A stretch of DNA of 64,000 nt, taken from assembly GCA_964519305.1 (NCBI GenBank), contig CAZFHY010000016.1:1-64000 (forward strand), written 5' to 3'. The position numbers and the translations under genes are program-made. Shown piece by piece: positions 28,291 to 37,309 of this stretch. The notes below the pieces were generated by a model. The model did not search any database. It was not told the origin of the DNA and was given only the letters and a program-made list of their open reading frames with translations. Each line of letters begins with the position of its first letter. Within the stretch, counting starts at the first letter, position 1. This DNA is from Candidatus Undinarchaeota archaeon (GTDB lineage Archaea; SpSt-1190; JASMDC01).

Positions 28291-28927
28291 CCTTCATCAC
28301 CCCCTTGAACGTCACTTTCCCGTCCTCGAGCACGATGCCGCGGTCGGCGGTCCCTTCCTCGGGTGTGTGCGTGGCGTACAGTACTGCAGCCCCTTCTTCA
28401 CACTCCTCGTGGATGACCCCCCACACACGCTTCCGGACCGATGGATAGAGGCTGGCCGTCGGTTCGTCCAGGAGCAGTACGCGAGGGCCATGTACCAGGG
28501 ACACGCCCAGGGATAGGAGCTGTAGATAGCCGAACGAGAGCGTGTCCGCCCGCTTGGAGCGAACACCCTTGAGCCCGAGACGCTCGATGGTAGTACCCAC
28601 CGAATCGCTCGTACCGTTCAGTCGGGCGAACAGGTCAAGGTTCTCCTCGACCGTGAGCATGGTGTGTACGCTCGGTGCCTGCGGCATGAAGCCCACGAGC
28701 CCGGCCAGCCGGGCATCACTTCCGTTCACGGATCGTCCCATGACGGAGAGACTTCCCGCGGTGGGTGCGACGAGCCCGGCCAGAGACTCCAGAAGTGTGC
28801 TCTTACCGGCACCGTTGGGCCCGACGATGCACAACGTCTCCCCCTCCTTCACGGTGAGGGAGATGCCGTCCAGGGCGCGGTAATCGCCGTAGGACTTCAC
28901 GACGTCCTTGACGACAACAGCATCCAT
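28262..28927 (-). CDS. ABC exporter ATP-binding subunit
   Basis: GPNGAGKSTL, LLLDEPT, ATH; signature and D-loop are atypical (LSFGY, SLYP). Confidence 0.9.
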   Translation of the reverse strand: MDAVVVKDVVKSYGDYRALDGISLTVKEGETLCIVGPNGAGKSTLLESLAGLVAPTAGSLSVMGRSVNGSDARLAGLVGFMPQAPSVHTMLTVEENLDLFARLNGTSDSVGTTIERLGLKGVRSKRADTLSFGYLQLLSLGVSLVHGPRVLLLDEPTASLYPSVRKRVWGVIHEECEEGAAVLYATHTPEEGTADRGIVLEDGKVTFKGVMKDVRAHVLGD

Positions 28928-29068
28928 GGTCGGTGGGATGGGGGTAATCATTAAAAAAAGGGAGTGCGGGTGCCGCGCCTGCCGCTGAAGACCCGGAAAC
29001 GGAGGAACGGTGGACCGGACCGGGTGCTGGGACGTAGCCTTAAATGATTATTCTCATTTGGGGGGGCC

Positions 29069-29887
29069 ATGATAACATCAGACGACCTTGTGAACCAGCT
29101 TATGGAGCAAGGGAAGCTGTACTTTCCACGGATCGTCAGCGCCATTGTCACGTTCTTTGTGGGCCTGTTCCTGATCAGGATCGCGCTCAACCTGTTCCGA
29201 CGCTACATGGAAGGGCATGAGGTCGAGGTATCGCTCCAGCTCTATGCAATGAACCTAGCGAGCATGCTCCTGAAGGTGCTCCTGCTCATCACGGTCCTCT
29301 CCACATTGGGAGTCCAGATGACATCCTTCGTGGCAATCATCGGCGCCGCAGGCCTAGCAATCGGCCTTGCCCTCCAGGGCAGCCTCTCGAACTTCGCTGG
29401 AGGTGCCCTGATCCTCACATTCAAGCCCTACAAGGTCGGTGATGTCATCGAGGCCCAGGGGCATATCGGGAAGGTAGAAGAGATCCAGGTCTTCAACACC
29501 GTCCTCAAGACACCTGACAACAAGACGATCATCATCCCCAACGGACCCCTGTCCAACGGGACCATCGTAAACTTCTCCACCGAATCCCAACGCAGGGTGG
29601 ACCTGACCTTCGGCATCGGGTACGACGACGATATCAAGAACGCGCGTGCTATCATCAACAGCATCATCGAGGCCGACGAGCGTATCCTAAAGGAACCAGC
29701 GCCGCAGGTGCTCTTGGCCGAGCTGGCAGACAGCTCCGTTAACATGGCGGTGCGTGTGTGGTGCGATGGTGCTGACTACTGGGATATCTACTTCGATATG
29801 AACGAGCAGGTGAAGAACGCCTTCGATGAAGGTGGGATCTCCATCCCCTTCCCTCAAAGGGACATACATCTCTTAAAGGAAGGATAA
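29069..29887 (+). CDS. mscS: small-conductance mechanosensitive channel
   Basis: GAAGLAIGLALQGSLSNFAGG, KPYKVGD, IIIPNG, RRVDL.FGIGY, ISIPFPQRD. Confidence 0.95.
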   Translation: MITSDDLVNQLMEQGKLYFPRIVSAIVTFFVGLFLIRIALNLFRRYMEGHEVEVSLQLYAMNLASMLLKVLLLITVLSTLGVQMTSFVAIIGAAGLAIGLALQGSLSNFAGGALILTFKPYKVGDVIEAQGHIGKVEEIQVFNTVLKTPDNKTIIIPNGPLSNGTIVNFSTESQRRVDLTFGIGYDDDIKNARAIINSIIEADERILKEPAPQVLLAELADSSVNMAVRVWCDGADYWDIYFDMNEQVKNAFDEGGISIPFPQRDIHLLKEG

Positions 29888-29921
29888 GCGGAATGGGGTA
29901 TAAACCCCTTGTCAAGCGCCT

Positions 29922-30572
29922 CTAGAGCCCCGTGACCACGAAGGAGGGCATGGGCATCTCCTCCTCGGGCGCCGCCGAGTCCACGAACTCCGATGAGAGC
30001 GCCGTCCATGTCCCTTCAGGGACCAGGAACTCGCCACGGGCCTGATAGAATAGCTTCGTGTCGCTCACGCCGGGAATGGTGCGGAGCACATCGGTGACGT
30101 ACTTGTAGGCCTCGTCGACGGAGGGCGCCACGAAGTTGAGGAGGATGTCGTCATCGTAGGACTGGAACGTGTATGCGAGGAACGTCTTGGTGACCGGGCC
30201 TTCGTCGGGGAGCTCGCTGATGGCCGTGTACACGTCCTTGTAGAGCCGGGGATTGGCGTCGATGGCCAGGGTGAACAGCTTCATGTCCGGGCTGAGGGTG
30301 GTGAAGGGTGTGAACACGCGCGGCTGGAGCAGCATGAAGATCTTGAGGTCGGTGACGCCGTTGATCGGGCACAGTTTATCCAGTATGAAGACGGCGAGCG
30401 CCTCGGGCGAGTCACCACGGAGTGTGACGTTGATGTCCGACGAGGTCTGACAGGTGGACATAGTGATGAAGTCGACACCCTCCTGCTCAGGTCTACAGAC
30501 GGCCTTGATATCCTTCCACGTCTGTTCCTCCTCTCCTGCAAGGACATCGCAACGCACCACATAGAGGGTCAT
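29922..30572 (-). CDS. tandem Lrp/AsnC (RAM)-like ligand-binding-domain protein without HTH
   Basis: Two similar units ending ..ILDKLCPINGVTDLK and ..VTDVLRTIPGVSDTK. Confidence 0.6.
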   Translation of the reverse strand: MTLYVVRCDVLAGEEEQTWKDIKAVCRPEQEGVDFITMSTCQTSSDINVTLRGDSPEALAVFILDKLCPINGVTDLKIFMLLQPRVFTPFTTLSPDMKLFTLAIDANPRLYKDVYTAISELPDEGPVTKTFLAYTFQSYDDDILLNFVAPSVDEAYKYVTDVLRTIPGVSDTKLFYQARGEFLVPEGTWTALSSEFVDSAAPEEEMPMPSFVVTGL

Positions 30573-30670
30573 GGTGAACGTCCGGGGATTAAGAGTTAAA
30601 AACTAATCGCCAACGTCGCAGGGCCTTCGAAGGAACGATTTATATAGATACATGGGCCACATCCTGCCCG

Positions 30671-31909
30671 ATGGTGGTCACAGGTACGCGACAAGGACGG
30701 GTGTTTGCGGTCGTGCTCGTCATGTGCCTGTTCACCGGCTGCTTCCGGGGTGGTACGACTGACACGGACGCTACACCCACCCCGCTGGCCGTGACCCCGC
30801 CCCCACGGGACAGGCCTGCGGACCCGGGTCGGATGGAAGCACCGTCAGCAGCAACAACGGATGGGATACCGACGCCGGAACCACCGCCCGAGCTGATCAT
30901 GGGTGCCGGTGAGCGCACCGTCCGCGGCCGTCTCGATCCTGACAGGGATCATCTGGACGTCCCGGTCGTGCTCGTACCGGGCGATCTGCTGGACACAACC
31001 CTGTCCTCCGAGACGAACCTCGACCTGATCCTCCTCGACCTACAGGGAGCCATAGTACAGGTCTCCCGGGAGGGCGCGGTCAAGATGGACACGATAAAGT
31101 ACGCGACCGGGGGCCCTGCGAACCTGACGCTACGGATCGCGGCGGCATTGAGCCCGCTCGCCGAGAACGCACCATTCACACTAAGTGTAATCATAACCCG
31201 ACAGAACGACGCAGGGACCGGAGGCGACGTCCCTGAAGATTGGCCTCAGGAGACCTTACCGGGTACCCTGACCGGGTTCGTGGGGGACGATGATTTCGCC
31301 GATGCCTACTCCTTCGCGCTCGGCCCGGGGGACGCCCTCTCGGCCAGGATGGAGGCCGACGGGGACTACGACATCGACCTCCTGCTAGTTAATGAGAACG
31401 GGACCGAGCTCCGTAAATCCAGACTGGGGCCGGGACGTCCCGAGGATATCGTGTACGCTGTCGGGGACGGGGGACCTTATATCCTCATGGTGGAACCTTC
31501 CATGACCGGTGTCCGAGGCACCTACACGCTCACCACAGCGGTCACGTCACCCGATGATGCCAAGAGCGGCCGGGATGCTGGTGACGAGTTCGCCACAGCG
31601 CTCGAAGGATCTCTAGGGACCGTGAACGGTTTCGTGGGCGACGGTGATGTCGAGGACCACTATGCCTTCTCTCTCCTTCGTGGTCAGGTCCTCATCGCTG
31701 AGCTGGACCCCGGGCTCGACCTTGACATGGACATATCGATACGCAGCGAGACCGATGCGTTGATCACCTCATCGCGCCAGGGCGTGGGCAGGACCGAGAG
31801 CCTTCGCTGGCGGGCCTGGGACGATGTCAATGTGACCGTGGTCGTGGACTGCCACAATGATCCTGCGGCCTACCGTGGGACCTACAAGCTAACTGTCGTG
31901 GTGAGCTGA
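30671..31909 (+). CDS. lipoprotein with three PPC-like beta-sandwich repeats
   Basis: Lipobox LFTGC, Pro/Thr linker, repeats with GFVGD.D..D.Y.F.L..G..L...D.D[LI]...G..E....GTY.LT. Confidence 0.75.
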   Translation: MVVTGTRQGRVFAVVLVMCLFTGCFRGGTTDTDATPTPLAVTPPPRDRPADPGRMEAPSAATTDGIPTPEPPPELIMGAGERTVRGRLDPDRDHLDVPVVLVPGDLLDTTLSSETNLDLILLDLQGAIVQVSREGAVKMDTIKYATGGPANLTLRIAAALSPLAENAPFTLSVIITRQNDAGTGGDVPEDWPQETLPGTLTGFVGDDDFADAYSFALGPGDALSARMEADGDYDIDLLLVNENGTELRKSRLGPGRPEDIVYAVGDGGPYILMVEPSMTGVRGTYTLTTAVTSPDDAKSGRDAGDEFATALEGSLGTVNGFVGDGDVEDHYAFSLLRGQVLIAELDPGLDLDMDISIRSETDALITSSRQGVGRTESLRWRAWDDVNVTVVVDCHNDPAAYRGTYKLTVVVS

Positions 31910-31910
31910 G

Positions 31911-32378
31911 ATGGTGACGGTCCGTTCCTTCAAGGCAGATGACCTGGACCAGTGCGTCAATATCGTGCGCACCACCATGGACGCACAGGACGGGCGTGCC
32001 TGCCGCCGGGAGCTCTCCGGGGTCCTCGAGGGATGGAAGGAAGGGAGATGCTGGGTGGCAGAGGACGACGGCAAGGTCGTCGGCCTGGTGGGGATCATGC
32101 GTGATGACGAGGTAGACGATATCGCCTGGCTCGGTTATTTCGCCGTGGACCCGGCCCACCATCGTCGGGGGCTGGGGAAGCAGCTCTTCGAGGTAGCGGT
32201 GGCCGCAGCAAGGGAAGGCAACTACAGGCGCCTGTACGTTGACACGAGCTCGACCGCGCCCTTTACCGCGGCACGTGCCTTCTACAAGGCCATGGGACTG
32301 TCCCTTGACGCGATGCTCCCCGGTTTCTACGGAAAAGGTGAGGACCAGCTGTTCTTTCGCCTGTCCCTGCGTGACTGA
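31911..32378 (+). CDS. GNAT family N-acetyltransferase
   Basis: FAVDPAHHRRGLGKQL, ARAFYKAMG, FYGKGEDQ. Confidence 0.9.
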   Translation: MVTVRSFKADDLDQCVNIVRTTMDAQDGRACRRELSGVLEGWKEGRCWVAEDDGKVVGLVGIMRDDEVDDIAWLGYFAVDPAHHRRGLGKQLFEVAVAAAREGNYRRLYVDTSSTAPFTAARAFYKAMGLSLDAMLPGFYGKGEDQLFFRLSLRD

Positions 32379-32421
32379 GGCCAGTGGATTTTTATAGGAT
32401 CGGGTCCTTGAGTAATGCATC

Positions 32422-32730
32422 GTGTTCCGCGGACTGGGCCAGTGTCCTCATTGCGGTCGTATGGTCGCGATCTACGGCGATGTCCGTCCGTACGATCCTG
32501 ACCAGCTCACGGCGGGTACGTCGTTACCGACTGGCCCACCCTCATCCGGGGAACCACCTCCGCCACCGGCCGGCGATGGTGCGAAGCAGGAGACATCGGG
32601 TGGCATATTCTCCAAGATACAATCAATTTTCAACTCGGGCATAGTGATGTCGGTCCGCAAGGTCCTGAACCTGGCGCTCTTCGCCCTGATCGTGGCCATA
32701 CTGGGCTATTACAGCCTCGGGTACGGATAG
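32422..32730 (+). CDS. small tail-anchored membrane protein with CxxC and Pro-rich linker
   Basis: CPHCG, EPPPPP, C-terminal TM; TTTTTATA about 25 nt upstream of the GTG. Confidence 0.6.
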   Translation: MFRGLGQCPHCGRMVAIYGDVRPYDPDQLTAGTSLPTGPPSSGEPPPPPAGDGAKQETSGGIFSKIQSIFNSGIVMSVRKVLNLALFALIVAILGYYSLGYG

Positions 32731-32825
32731 CGGTCCCTTCCGAGCGTTGACCGTGAGGGAAAAACAATAAATACAGGCTAACCTGCTAGAAATGGCTGTA
32801 AAGAGAGATAGGAGGGAGAAATACC

Positions 32826-33086
32826 GTGGATGATAACACACGAGTGGTCGAGCGGGTCGTTGGCGAGGCTGTCGGTACGAAGTGTCGGAAACACAAGCAT
32901 CATGATCCGAAGGTCAAGCTGAACATACCCACGGACGCCGCAATCTGTCTCGACGATACCCTCAAGGGGCGCATAAAGTCACTGTGCACCGAGAAGGAGG
33001 ATATCTCCTCAGACGTACAAGAGACGATGGAGGACTCCGTTTCCTTGTGGGTGGAGGGGCTCGGTCGCTCCATGGACAGTGAGTGA
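32826..33086 (+). CDS. small hypothetical protein
   Basis: GGAGG Shine-Dalgarno-like sequence before the GTG; plausible composition. Confidence 0.5.
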   Translation: MDDNTRVVERVVGEAVGTKCRKHKHHDPKVKLNIPTDAAICLDDTLKGRIKSLCTEKEDISSDVQETMEDSVSLWVEGLGRSMDSE

Positions 33087-33139
33087 GCGCTCCGGCCGGG
33101 GCAACCTTTTTTAATACTCTCACGTTCTTCCATCACACA

Positions 33140-33640
33140 ATGGACGACAAGATCCGATTGGGTGGACGTAAGCTTCCTCTGCTTGAGCTATCGCGAGGAG
33201 GTGTCGACCTCGAGGATGCGGCCAAAGGGGTGGGCCCCAGTGCTTCCTCGCAGGACCTTGCCTTCCAGGCGGTACACCGCGCGACAGAGCGTCTCAAGGA
33301 GAACGGCTTCATCGGCCGGGACGAGAAGCAGTTACGCGAGCGGGACCAACAGGTGGCCGAGGCCTTCGAGCGGAAGGAACGGTTCGTCCTGGCCGAGGTG
33401 TCCCCCGTACCATCTGATGCTCTCGTACGGGCGCTCGATGACCTCCGCGCAGGTCGCACAGGGCCCATGAAGCACGTCGTGCGTCACACCCTTGCCCTGA
33501 GCGGCAAGGCCGACCGACGTCTCCTTGCAGAAGCGGTCCACCTCGATGTGGAGCATCTATCCCCTCTCGTGGACGAACTTGTGCGCGAGGGCAGGATCGA
33601 GGACCATGACGGGGAGCTTTCGCTCCCGGACCGGACATAA
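33140..33640 (+). CDS. hypothetical protein with C-terminal winged-helix-like segment
   Basis: TTTTTTAAT about 25 nt before ATG 33140; ..LAEAVHLDVEHLSPLVDELVREGRIE.. Confidence 0.6.
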   Translation: MDDKIRLGGRKLPLLELSRGGVDLEDAAKGVGPSASSQDLAFQAVHRATERLKENGFIGRDEKQLRERDQQVAEAFERKERFVLAEVSPVPSDALVRALDDLRAGRTGPMKHVVRHTLALSGKADRRLLAEAVHLDVEHLSPLVDELVREGRIEDHDGELSLPDRT

Positions 33641-33697
33641 GGTCCACAAAAGGTATTATCACATCCACCCTCTCAGGTGGAACGGGAGGATGACCCA

Positions 33698-35176
33698 ATG
33701 AGCGACATAGTGCTTGTCCAGCCGCATATAGCCATGCTCGATGAGCTGCTCGACCGCTCCACGCTCCCCATCTCTCTCCTCGTGGCCGCCTCGGTGGTGG
33801 CCCAGGACCATCGGGTAGTCCTCATCGACCAGCGCACCAGCCGTGACTGGGAGGGCGAGCTGCGTGCCGCGGTGCGCTCTGGACCAACGTGCGTGGGCCT
33901 CACGGCAATGACGGGTGCCCAGATTACGGGCGCGCTCGCCGCGTCTGCTGTGGTGAAGGACGAGGACCCCGATGTCCCTGTCGTGTGGGGAGGGCCTCAT
34001 CCGACCCTCGATCCCGAGGGCACCGTCCGCCATCCGTTGGTGGACGTGGCCGTCGTGGGCGATGGTGAGCACACCCTGGTGGACCTCGTGAACGCCCTCG
34101 AGACGGGCAGGCCCCTGTCCACAGTGAAGGGCATCGTGTACGCGGACGGAGAAGCGGTGCGCGTGAACCCGCGCCGGCCCCACACGGACCTCGACGAGAT
34201 TCCCGACCCGCCCTTTCACCTGGTGGACATCGAGCAGTATATCATCCGGCGCAGGGACCGACGCTGCCTTAGTCTATGCACCTCGCGGGGGTGTCCCTAC
34301 CGGTGCACCTACTGCTTTTCATCCGTGGAGTGCAACGGACGATGGCGCGCAATGTCGGCGTCGCGGACCCTGGACCTGGTGACCTCCGCAGTAGAGCGGT
34401 TCGACCTCGGATTCGTGTGGTTCGCCGAGCAGAACGCCTTCGTCGACCGACGGCGCATGCTCGATATCTGCCAGGGTTTCGTGGACCGCGGACTGGACAT
34501 CCTCTGGGAGGCAGAGGCCCATGTCACCGGCATGTCCCGATTCACCGATGACGAGCTGGACCTGGTGGCGCGCGCCGGATTGGCCGACATCGTAATCGGC
34601 GTGGAGACAGGCTCCCAACGGATCGCCGACATGATCAGGAAGGACCTCAGGCTTGACACCGTGGCCCCCTTCAACCGTCGTCTCGCACAACACTCTTTCC
34701 ACCCTCGCTACTGCTTCATGACCGCTTACCCAGGCGAGACCGAGGAGGAGCTTGCCGACACCGTCCGGCTCATGCACACACTCCTGGAAGAGAATCCGCG
34801 CGCATCGACCACATGCCTTAATCCCGTGATCCCATATCCGAACTCGGCCTACCTCGCCGAGGCGGAGCAGTGGGGCCTTTCCCCCCCTGACTCGCTGGAG
34901 GGGTGGGTGCGGTACGACGCCTATGTGGTGCTGCAGGACGGCCTCGAGCGGTCCTTCCCCTGGGTAACACCGGAGCGCGCAGGGCTGCTCAAACGCCTGT
35001 ATATGCTCTCCTCGTTCACCGATGACAAGCTGGACTTCGTCGGGGACCCGGTCATCCGGCTCCTCTATCGGCTCTACCGGCCAATAGCACGCACGAGGCT
35101 CTTCAGTATGAACACGGACCTCATGGGCGTCGAGGAGATGGCCTACCGAGTGGGGTACGAGTTCAAGAGCTCCTGA
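33698..35176 (+). CDS. B12-binding (class B) radical SAM protein, paralogue A
   Basis: VVWGGPHPT, GDGE, TSRGCPYRCTYC, IGVETGS, YPGET. Confidence 0.93.
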   Translation: MSDIVLVQPHIAMLDELLDRSTLPISLLVAASVVAQDHRVVLIDQRTSRDWEGELRAAVRSGPTCVGLTAMTGAQITGALAASAVVKDEDPDVPVVWGGPHPTLDPEGTVRHPLVDVAVVGDGEHTLVDLVNALETGRPLSTVKGIVYADGEAVRVNPRRPHTDLDEIPDPPFHLVDIEQYIIRRRDRRCLSLCTSRGCPYRCTYCFSSVECNGRWRAMSASRTLDLVTSAVERFDLGFVWFAEQNAFVDRRRMLDICQGFVDRGLDILWEAEAHVTGMSRFTDDELDLVARAGLADIVIGVETGSQRIADMIRKDLRLDTVAPFNRRLAQHSFHPRYCFMTAYPGETEEELADTVRLMHTLLEENPRASTTCLNPVIPYPNSAYLAEAEQWGLSPPDSLEGWVRYDAYVVLQDGLERSFPWVTPERAGLLKRLYMLSSFTDDKLDFVGDPVIRLLYRLYRPIARTRLFSMNTDLMGVEEMAYRVGYEFKSS

Positions 35177-35186
35177 GGCGGTCCGC

Positions 35187-35612
35187 TCACGACAGCATAT
35201 CGGCGTACAGACAGATCGGGGGTTTGGCCATACCGTCAGCGAGTATGAAGGTCAGCCTGTCATCTGCGCGGGCGATGGACAGGGAGCGGCCGTCGAGAAC
35301 ATCGGACCCCACGTAGAACCCGCTCTCGTTGCGGACGTAGCTGCCCGTATCGACGATGACATCGAGCCACTCATCCTCGGAGATGTCGTCCCCCCTGCCT
35401 TCGATATGGAGCCCGACCTCATCCTCATAGATGAACATCTTGGGCGCCTCAGGAAGGTAACCTCCAGCAGATACCACATAGCCGTTCCATGTCTCGATGT
35501 AGGTGCCCTGATTGAACACCTCTTCGATGCGTCCGAGGCTGGCCTCGAGATCGTCGATGATCCCGTAGGAGGATAGCGGTCCACCTACTTCTGAGTATAA
35601 GAAATCCATCAT
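35187..35612 (-). CDS. acidic hypothetical protein between the two rSAM paralogues
   Basis: Start MMDFLYSE with AGGTGA Shine-Dalgarno-like sequence and TTTTATAAA box upstream. The longer track ORF is an antisense shadow. Confidence 0.6.
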   Translation of the reverse strand: MMDFLYSEVGGPLSSYGIIDDLEASLGRIEEVFNQGTYIETWNGYVVSAGGYLPEAPKMFIYEDEVGLHIEGRGDDISEDEWLDVIVDTGSYVRNESGFYVGSDVLDGRSLSIARADDRLTFILADGMAKPPICLYADMLS

Positions 35613-35748
35613 CTCTTTCACCTGGGGGGGTAGGATTGAAAGGTGCGTCAATCGTTTATAAAACCGCCCTGACATATGGTGCCACGGAACACTGTGCGAG
35701 GAGTGCTCGTTTTTTAAACTCCCGCTCTCTCGGGACCGGGTACCGATA

Positions 35749-37245
35749 ATGGTCGACGTCGTGCTTGTCCAGCCCAAGGTCGCCATACAGGACGAGCTGC
35801 AGGACCGTCCCACGCTCCCGCTCTCGCTCATGATGGCCGCGTCGCTCGTATGCCGCGAGCGCTCGGTGAGCCTGATCGACCAGCGGGTGACGCCCGGCTG
35901 GGAGCAGGAACTACGCAACGCGGTGCGCTCGGGACCGGTGTGCGTAGGGGTGACCGCCATGACAGGCCCCCAGATCATGCGTGCGCTCGAGGTGGCAGAC
36001 ATCGTGCGGGACGAGGACCCCGAGATACCGGTCGTGTGGGGAGGGCCTCATGCGACGCTGGATCCCGACGGGACGGTGCGACATCCTCTGGTGGATGCCG
36101 TCGTTATCGGTGACGGGGAGGTGACGCTGTGGGAGTACGTCCGTGCCCTGGAGGACGGAAGCGACCTCGGTAACGTGCACGGGCTCGCGCATTTACGGAA
36201 CGGGAAGGTACGCATCGCCCCCCGACGCCCTAATATCGGCCTGGACGAGCTGCCCGATCCACCCTTCCACCTCCTGGACGCCGAGCGATACGTGTTCAAG
36301 CGTCGTGGCCGAAGATGCATGAACCTCTCTACCGTTCGCGGCTGTCCCCACCAGTGCACGTTCTGCTACTCTCCCGTGGAGTGCCATGGCAGATGGCGTG
36401 CCCTCTCTGCTGCCCGGACGCTCGATCTCACCGAGTCCGTCGTGGAGCGGTACCGACTGGGCTTCGTGTGGTACATGGAGCAGAACTCGCTCGTGGACCG
36501 CGAACGGGCACTGGCCATCGGCAAAGGGCTCCTGGACCGGGGATTGGACGTGCTCTGGGAGGCCGAGGCCCACGTGAGCAGCATCAAGCGTCTCACCGAC
36601 GAAGATCTCGCCCTGCTGGCCAGGAGCGGTCTATCTGACGTGGTCATCGGCGTGGAGTCGGGCTCACAGCATATGGTGGACCTGCTGCAAAAGGGCATCC
36701 GCGTCGACGACGTGGTTGCGCTCAACCGCAGGCTGGCCCGGTATCCGTTCAATCCCCGGTTCAGCTTCATGTGCGGATTCCCTGGAGAGACCGAAGAGAT
36801 GCTGCACGCCACGCTGTCGCTGATCGTAGGCCTCCACAGGGACAATCCTCTCACCTCCACGTCCTGCCTGAACCCTGCCATACCGTTCCCCGGGACACCG
36901 TACCTGGAGCTCGCCATGCGTCACGGGCTGGAGCCTCCAACGGACCTGGCCGGTTGGGCAGCCTATACCCCGCACGAGGCGCTGGCCCAAGGGCTGGACA
37001 CGCTCCTGCCATGGATCGACCTGGAGCGTGCCGACCTGCTGCGCCGATTGTACGTCGCCTCATCGTTCATGGACGACAAATCCGTGTACGTCGAAGGCCG
37101 TATCCTCCAGCTACTGTCCCGTGCCTACCGTCCTATTGCCAAAGCACGGTTGGCCTCAGGTAACACGGAGATGATGGAGCTCGAGGACGCTCTGTACTGG
37201 GAAGGACGCGAGCTTGTGTCCGGTCGTCGACGCGCGGCCCGTTGA
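35749..37245 (+). CDS. B12-binding (class B) radical SAM protein, paralogue B
   Basis: VVWGGPHAT, TVRGCPHQCTFC, IGVESGS, FPGET; closely similar to 33698..35176. Confidence 0.93.
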   Translation: MVDVVLVQPKVAIQDELQDRPTLPLSLMMAASLVCRERSVSLIDQRVTPGWEQELRNAVRSGPVCVGVTAMTGPQIMRALEVADIVRDEDPEIPVVWGGPHATLDPDGTVRHPLVDAVVIGDGEVTLWEYVRALEDGSDLGNVHGLAHLRNGKVRIAPRRPNIGLDELPDPPFHLLDAERYVFKRRGRRCMNLSTVRGCPHQCTFCYSPVECHGRWRALSAARTLDLTESVVERYRLGFVWYMEQNSLVDRERALAIGKGLLDRGLDVLWEAEAHVSSIKRLTDEDLALLARSGLSDVVIGVESGSQHMVDLLQKGIRVDDVVALNRRLARYPFNPRFSFMCGFPGETEEMLHATLSLIVGLHRDNPLTSTSCLNPAIPFPGTPYLELAMRHGLEPPTDLAGWAAYTPHEALAQGLDTLLPWIDLERADLLRRLYVASSFMDDKSVYVEGRILQLLSRAYRPIAKARLASGNTEMMELEDALYWEGRELVSGRRRAAR

Positions 37246-37309
37246 GCGCGGAACGCTCTACACAGGTATCGCTCTGCGATGGGACTCTCTGCAGCACCCG
37301 GGGGTCGGA

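Noticed and set aside
28984-29040. Hammerhead core (CTGAAGA..GAAAC), c-di-AMP or fluoride riboswitch, SECIS or SRP helix 8
   Set aside because: Hammerhead stems I and III cannot be paired; the other motifs match only in fragments.
32826-33086. Faint histone-fold resemblance (IPTDAAICLDDTL)
   Set aside because: Lacks the RKTV..ED and other histone signature residues.
35613-36002. N-terminal extension of ORF 35187..36002
   Set aside because: Antisense to rSAM paralogue B and spans both promoters; the true start is likely 35612.
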